From positions 1 to 23,613 of the forward strand of contig JANMQV010000083.1 of NCBI GenBank assembly GCA_031370645.1: DNA of 23,613 nt, given 5' to 3'. Below, piece after piece: positions 18,329-23,613 of the stretch. The translations under genes were made by a program, and so were the position numbers. The notes below the pieces were generated by a model. It searched no databases, had not been told where the DNA came from, and saw only the letters and a program-made list of their open reading frames with translations. Each line of letters opens with the position of its first letter. Positions within the stretch are counted from its first letter, which is position 1. The DNA is from Candidatus Eiseniibacteriota bacterium (lineage in GTDB: Bacteria > Eisenbacteria > RBG-16-71-46 > SZUA-252).

Positions 18329-19560
18329 GGGGCGGCGATTTCCGAACCCGGCGCGCGTCCGAGCAGGCGCCGGTAGAACCCCAGCAATTCCGCCGCCACG
18401 GCGTCCCAGGTGTAGCGCTCCCGAACCCGCCGCCGGCCGCGTACCCGCCGCTCCCTCGCCAATTCCGAGTCGTCGATCGCACGGCGTATCTCCGTCGCTA
18501 GCGCGCTCCAATTCTCCTCCGGAAAGACGAGTCCCGCGTCACCCAGCACGTGGGGAATGCCGCCGCTCGACGAGCCAATGACGACACAGCCCGCCGCCAT
18601 TCCCTCGATCAAGACCCGCCCGAACTGTTCCTTTTGTCGCGACGTGGTCCGGGAGGGGAGCACGAGAACATCGATCGACGACAGGAGCGCAGGCACGTCC
18701 TCGTGCGCGACGAGCGGCAGGAATCGCGTCGTGGCTCCGATTCCCAGATCGCTCGCCATCGTTTCCAGCGCGTAGCGCTCCGGACCCTCTCCCACGATGA
18801 CGAGCGAAGGACGGGGAGCGGGAAGCGCCGCGACGGCGCGAAGGAGAAGATCGACTCCCTTTACCGGGAGGAGCCGGCCGACGTAGCCGACGATCGGCGA
18901 GGGCAAACCGAATCGGTTCAGCGTCGCCGCGGGGGAGGCTCGCCGCGCGAGGTCCGCCTCTCCGATTTCCGGATTCCCGGGGTAGGCCGCGAGGTCGAGC
19001 GCGAGCGGCACGATCTCGATCGGCTTCGAGAACCCTTTCCGACGGAGCGTCTCCGCGACCTCCTCGGTGATCGCCGTCCCCGCGGCGCACCGGCGCTGCG
19101 CCAAGCGCTCGACGGCGGCATAGAACCAAGAAGGTCGGTAGGCGTAGTGGAACGATCCGCTCATGTTGTCGGCCGAGGAGAAGACCAGTTGCGCCTCCCG
19201 CGCCCAGAGCGCGGCGTGCCACATGGCCTGGAGGGAGATGACGCTATACGGTTCTTCCCAGAGATGAAGAATCTGGGGGCGGGAGCGCCGGATCGCGGCA
19301 CCCAGGCCGGAGAGGAAGAACGCGCGGTTCTCGTATCCCGGCCATGCGACCCTTCCGATCGCGAATCGAAAGCCTTCGTCGCCTCCGGGGAGCGTGCGAA
19401 CTTCCCGGTAGTTTTCGACCCAGCGATTCGGCGCCACCACCGTAAGGTCGATTTCAGGGTGCGCCGCCAGCGCGGCGAACTTCTTTCGGAACGGCGCGAT
19501 CCCCGCCGTGTGATCGACGGCCAGGACGCGGATCCGGCCTTCGGCGTGCGGTCTCTTCAT
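18325..19560 (-). CDS. Glycosyltransferase family 4 (GT-B)
   Basis: True start is ATG 19560 (MKRPHAEGRIRVLAVDH); GYVGRLLPVKG, VGEGPER, DVLVLPS, EQFGRVLIEGMAAG (Ex7E). Confidence 0.93.
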   Translation of the reverse strand: MKRPHAEGRIRVLAVDHTAGIAPFRKKFAALAAHPEIDLTVVAPNRWVENYREVRTLPGGDEGFRFAIGRVAWPGYENRAFFLSGLGAAIRRSRPQILHLWEEPYSVISLQAMWHAALWAREAQLVFSSADNMSGSFHYAYRPSWFYAAVERLAQRRCAAGTAITEEVAETLRRKGFSKPIEIVPLALDLAAYPGNPEIGEADLARRASPAATLNRFGLPSPIVGYVGRLLPVKGVDLLLRAVAALPAPRPSLVIVGEGPERYALETMASDLGIGATTRFLPLVAHEDVPALLSSIDVLVLPSRTTSRQKEQFGRVLIEGMAAGCVVIGSSSGGIPHVLGDAGLVFPEENWSALATEIRRAIDDSELARERRVRGRRRVRERYTWDAVAAELLGFYRRLLGRAPGSEIAAP

Positions 19561-20903
19561 GCCGTGGGACGTTTCACGCCCTGCTCCATCGCGGCGATCA
19601 CGCCGAACGAGGCCCAGAAAGGGACGCATACTTTTTCGAGATCGAGGTAGGTGCGAAAGAATCCATGGATCGCATACGTTCCGATCCCGGCCATGACCGC
19701 GAGAACGAGCATCTTCACGCGAGGATCGTCGGACCATCGAAAGACGTTCAGACCGACGAGTGCGGCGGTCAGCAAGAACCAGCAGGCCGCGGCGAATCCG
19801 ACGAAGCCGGTCTCCGAGAGGAGGCGAAACACCTCGGAGTGCGGGCCCATGCTTTGGTACGCGAGTCCGGTAAGAACGACTTTCCGCCGGTAGAGATGAT
19901 AGACGTTCGGATACGCCGCGAACCCGACGCCGAAGAACGGATGCTGCTTCAGCATCTCGGTCGCGGCCATCCAGCGGTTCAATCGCTCCAGATTCGATAC
20001 GTCCCCCTTCTCCCCGATGCTCTCGACGTGGTGACCGACCCCCTCGCTCGCGCCGATACCGGCGAGCACGAGGACGAGGACGAGTCCCGCGCTGCCGAGG
20101 AGCACGAGCGGCCGCGCGCTTCGTCGCCACCAGAACCAGAGTCCCAGGATCGGAGGGAGAACGACGGCGAGCGAGACCCACGCCGCTCGGGTGAACGAAA
20201 AGACGATGCCGAGGAGAATCGCGATGGAAGCGGAGGCGTAGAGTAACATCGCCCGCCCACGGCGCTCGAGCGCGACCAAGAGCGCGAGCGGGAAGATCAT
20301 CGCCAGATACGCCCCGTACCCACCATGCTCGGAGAAGAAGGGGCGGACGGCGCCGTACGCGTTTCGAAGCGACACGCCTTCGGCGATCACCTTCACGGTG
20401 CCGTAGATCCCCCAGACGGCGGCCGAACCGACGATCCAGGGAACGAGCCGCTCGGGCCGCGCCGCGTCGTCGACGGCGACGAGACAGTAGAGGTAGCCGA
20501 AACTCACGTACGCCGACGCCATGACGAGGGCCTTCACGCCGTACATCGGATAGGCGCCGAGGAGACTCGCCGCGAGCGTCGCCGCGGCGAGCGCCGCGAG
20601 TGGCAGGTGGAGCCTCGATTTCGGAATTCGAAGGGGCGCTCCCGCCAGCAGGCGAGCGGCCCATGCCGCGAGCGCGAGGAAGATCATCGGTTCGGTCGGA
20701 AGGTAGAGCGCGCTCCCGCCGGGGAGGAGCGTCTCGATGCCGAAGGGGAAGGCGAGCCAGACCAATCCCCACGCCACGTTCGGATAGTGGTAGGCGAGGA
20801 TCGCGTAGGCCACGCCGCCCGCGGCGGCCACGCCCAAGAAGGGCTTCCCCGTCGCCGCGCCCACGAGGAGGAGAAGCGCTTCGAGGAGAAGGATGAAGAT
20901 CAT
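19557..20903 (-). CDS. O-antigen ligase / Wzy_C-family membrane protein (ligase, polymerase or O-oligosaccharyltransferase)
   Basis: Start at ATG 20903 (ATGA overlap); multiple TM helices; SFTRAAW, SNLERLNRW, HPFFGVG and GPHSEVFRLLSETGFVG motifs. Confidence 0.88.
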   Translation of the reverse strand: MIFILLLEALLLLVGAATGKPFLGVAAAGGVAYAILAYHYPNVAWGLVWLAFPFGIETLLPGGSALYLPTEPMIFLALAAWAARLLAGAPLRIPKSRLHLPLAALAAATLAASLLGAYPMYGVKALVMASAYVSFGYLYCLVAVDDAARPERLVPWIVGSAAVWGIYGTVKVIAEGVSLRNAYGAVRPFFSEHGGYGAYLAMIFPLALLVALERRGRAMLLYASASIAILLGIVFSFTRAAWVSLAVVLPPILGLWFWWRRSARPLVLLGSAGLVLVLVLAGIGASEGVGHHVESIGEKGDVSNLERLNRWMAATEMLKQHPFFGVGFAAYPNVYHLYRRKVVLTGLAYQSMGPHSEVFRLLSETGFVGFAAACWFLLTAALVGLNVFRWSDDPRVKMLVLAVMAGIGTYAIHGFFRTYLDLEKVCVPFWASFGVIAAMEQGVKRPTA

Positions 20904-21445
20904 CGCGACTTGATCGTCTGGAGCTCGAACTCGAGATTCTCGGCGCAGAAGATGAACGCGAAAAGCTGTTCCCACCGGGAGGGGAAGCGATTCGCAAGGG
21001 TCGACACGCCGGTGATCCGCCAGAGTTTCGAGAAGAGGATCCGGCGGCGTACGACGCGGAACTGAGAGTCGGCGTAGAGAATGTGGGGATTCGCGGGGTC
21101 GAATCCGTCGAAGGAGAAATAGCCGAACGGCCGCCGGTGCGTCGGATCGGTGTAGGCGTAGTGGCTGCTGAAGTGCGGCGTGCGGATTCGCACCAGGGCG
21201 CCGTGACGCGCCACGCGATGCACCTCGCGAAGGACACCCGGGACGTCGTCGAGGTGCTCGATGACGTCGTTCAGGACGACGAGGTCGAAGGAGTCGGTTT
21301 CGAGCGGGTAGGGAAAGATGTTGAGATCGTGAACGAGGTCGGCCTGGGATCGAGGGCTCAGGTCGACGCCGACCACCTGCGATCCCGGCGGGGCTCCGGG
21401 AATATCGAGCTTTCGGTTGCCACAGCCAAGATTGAGGATGCGCAT
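20900..21445 (-). CDS. Class I SAM-dependent methyltransferase (small, Methyltransf_11-like)
   Basis: ILNLGCG motif I, VGVD, SFDLVVLNDVIEHL, LREVHRV, TPHF...DPTH. Confidence 0.9.
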   Translation of the reverse strand: MRILNLGCGNRKLDIPGAPPGSQVVGVDLSPRSQADLVHDLNIFPYPLETDSFDLVVLNDVIEHLDDVPGVLREVHRVARHGALVRIRTPHFSSHYAYTDPTHRRPFGYFSFDGFDPANPHILYADSQFRVVRRRILFSKLWRITGVSTLANRFPSRWEQLFAFIFCAENLEFELQTIKSR

Positions 21446-21479
21446 TCGTCGCGAGTGTACACCACGCGCCGGGGGCCTC

Positions 21480-22532
21480 CTAGGCGGAGACGCCTCGTGC
21501 GCCGCGTGTTCGCGGCGTCACGCGAGACCCGCCCCGCGCCAGCGCCTGGAGCAGGACGAACGGCACGATCGGCAGGAGCGGAATTCGACGCGGCTCGAAG
21601 CGCCACTTGCTCCAGATGACGACGATCAGGACCACCGCCACGCAGCCGAACCAAGCGGCTACTCCCGTCTCTCCGATCAGAAGCGCCGCCACCGCGACGC
21701 CGAGTGCCACCACGTATCCCGCGCAAACACGGACGAAGGGGCGGCGAAGGAGGAACGGCCCGAATCGCATCACCTCGATCTCTTCCCGAAAGGCGCGAGG
21801 GTGTCGCGCGCGGAGGAGCGGATCCATTTCGTACCGCCGCGCCCACCGGATGGGGTCGAGCCACGCGGCGTGTTCCCGCGGATGGATGACACGGGGAGCG
21901 GGATCGTGGGCCACTCGCGCCCCCGATTCGCGCAGCGTGAATCCGAAATCGGAATCCTCGCGGAAGTAGATGGCGCCGCGCGGATCGAAGAATGCTTCGC
22001 AGTAGCCTCCGACCCGCTCGAAAAGATCGCGCCGCACGAAGAGGTTCGTCGGGAGCCATGTGGGGCGATCCCCGTCGCGCCTTCGGGCGGGCGCGCCATC
22101 GGGGAGGAGTGTGGCGCCTTCCAGGACATCGAGCGAGGGGTCTCGCTCGAGATGGGCCGCGGCCGTCGCGAGCCAGTCCGGGGCCGGAACGCAGTCGTCC
22201 TCGGTGAACGCCAGGAAGAAGCGGCCGGCGGGGGACGAAACCGCCGTGGAGCGAGCGCCGAGATTCCGCGCCGCACCGGGCCCGCGCCGCTCCGGCGAGA
22301 CGGCGACGATCGCGCCCATCGCCTCCAACCGTGCCTTGAGTTCCGCCGAAGGTGCGACGCCGTCGAAAGCGACCGTCAGCGTCCATCGTTCGCGCGGAAA
22401 CGACTGCGCGGCGAGTGCGCTCAGGAGCGGATCGAGACGGTCGGCTCGCCCCAGCGTGGGGACGACGACCGAGAAGCGGAGCGCCGAGTTCGAGTGGGGG
22501 ACTGCGGGTTCCGCGGGCGTCACGACGGCCAC
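21480..22532 (-). CDS. Glycosyltransferase family 2 (GT-A)
   Basis: FSVVVPTLGR, FDG, GPGAARNLG, FTEDDC, VGGY, EDSDF, C-terminal TM helices. The start is probably GTG 22532 or 22523 rather than 22844. Confidence 0.88.
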   Translation of the reverse strand: MAVVTPAEPAVPHSNSALRFSVVVPTLGRADRLDPLLSALAAQSFPRERWTLTVAFDGVAPSAELKARLEAMGAIVAVSPERRGPGAARNLGARSTAVSSPAGRFFLAFTEDDCVPAPDWLATAAAHLERDPSLDVLEGATLLPDGAPARRRDGDRPTWLPTNLFVRRDLFERVGGYCEAFFDPRGAIYFREDSDFGFTLRESGARVAHDPAPRVIHPREHAAWLDPIRWARRYEMDPLLRARHPRAFREEIEVMRFGPFLLRRPFVRVCAGYVVALGVAVAALLIGETGVAAWFGCVAVVLIVVIWSKWRFEPRRIPLLPIVPFVLLQALARGGSRVTPRTRGARGVSA

Positions 22533-22545
22533 GCCGCTCCGGAGG

Positions 22546-23613
<1,068 letters not shown>

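Noticed and set aside
18325..21237. 970-aa apparent fusion ending in a GT4 domain
   Set aside because: The N-terminal 559 codons are an alternative frame over the methyltransferase and ligase genes; the real start is ATG 19560 with an ATGA overlap.
21358..21481. AGGAGG followed by an out-of-frame GTG giving a ~35-codon ORF over the methyltransferase start
   Set aside because: The SD-like string includes the GT2 stop codon and the peptide has no features; probably chance.

Overview
GC-rich bacterial chromosomal region, probably from a diderm (an FCB-group-like lineage is my inference only). Left end, minus strand: a GNAT acetyltransferase followed by a BBE-type FAD-linked oxidoreductase that runs off the window and is missed by the ORF track. 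Diverging from these is a pyrimidine operon (pyrR-pyrB-pyrC-[TPR lipoprotein]-pyrK-pyrD-pyrF). It is preceded by a complete PyrR attenuator (binding stem-loop, antiterminator, intrinsic terminator) whose terminator also covers the pyrR Shine-Dalgarno. pyrF overlaps directly with a surface-glycan cluster: Gmd/Rmd-like pair, ugd, rmlC-like, rmlB, wzx, SLBB/OPX export protein, Wzz-like co-polymerase. A second glycan cluster on the minus strand (fcl, GT2, SAM methyltransferase, O-antigen ligase/Wzy_C-family protein, GT4) converges on it with overlapping stop codons. The most notable observations are the dual-mode PyrR leader, an envelope TPR lipoprotein rich in D-S/T O-glycosylation-like sequons inside the pyr operon and beside a possible glycosylation machinery, recurrent leaderless-type promoters, and a Ugd with Phe at the normally conserved Tyr10. 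No tRNA, rRNA, CRISPR or mobile element was seen.
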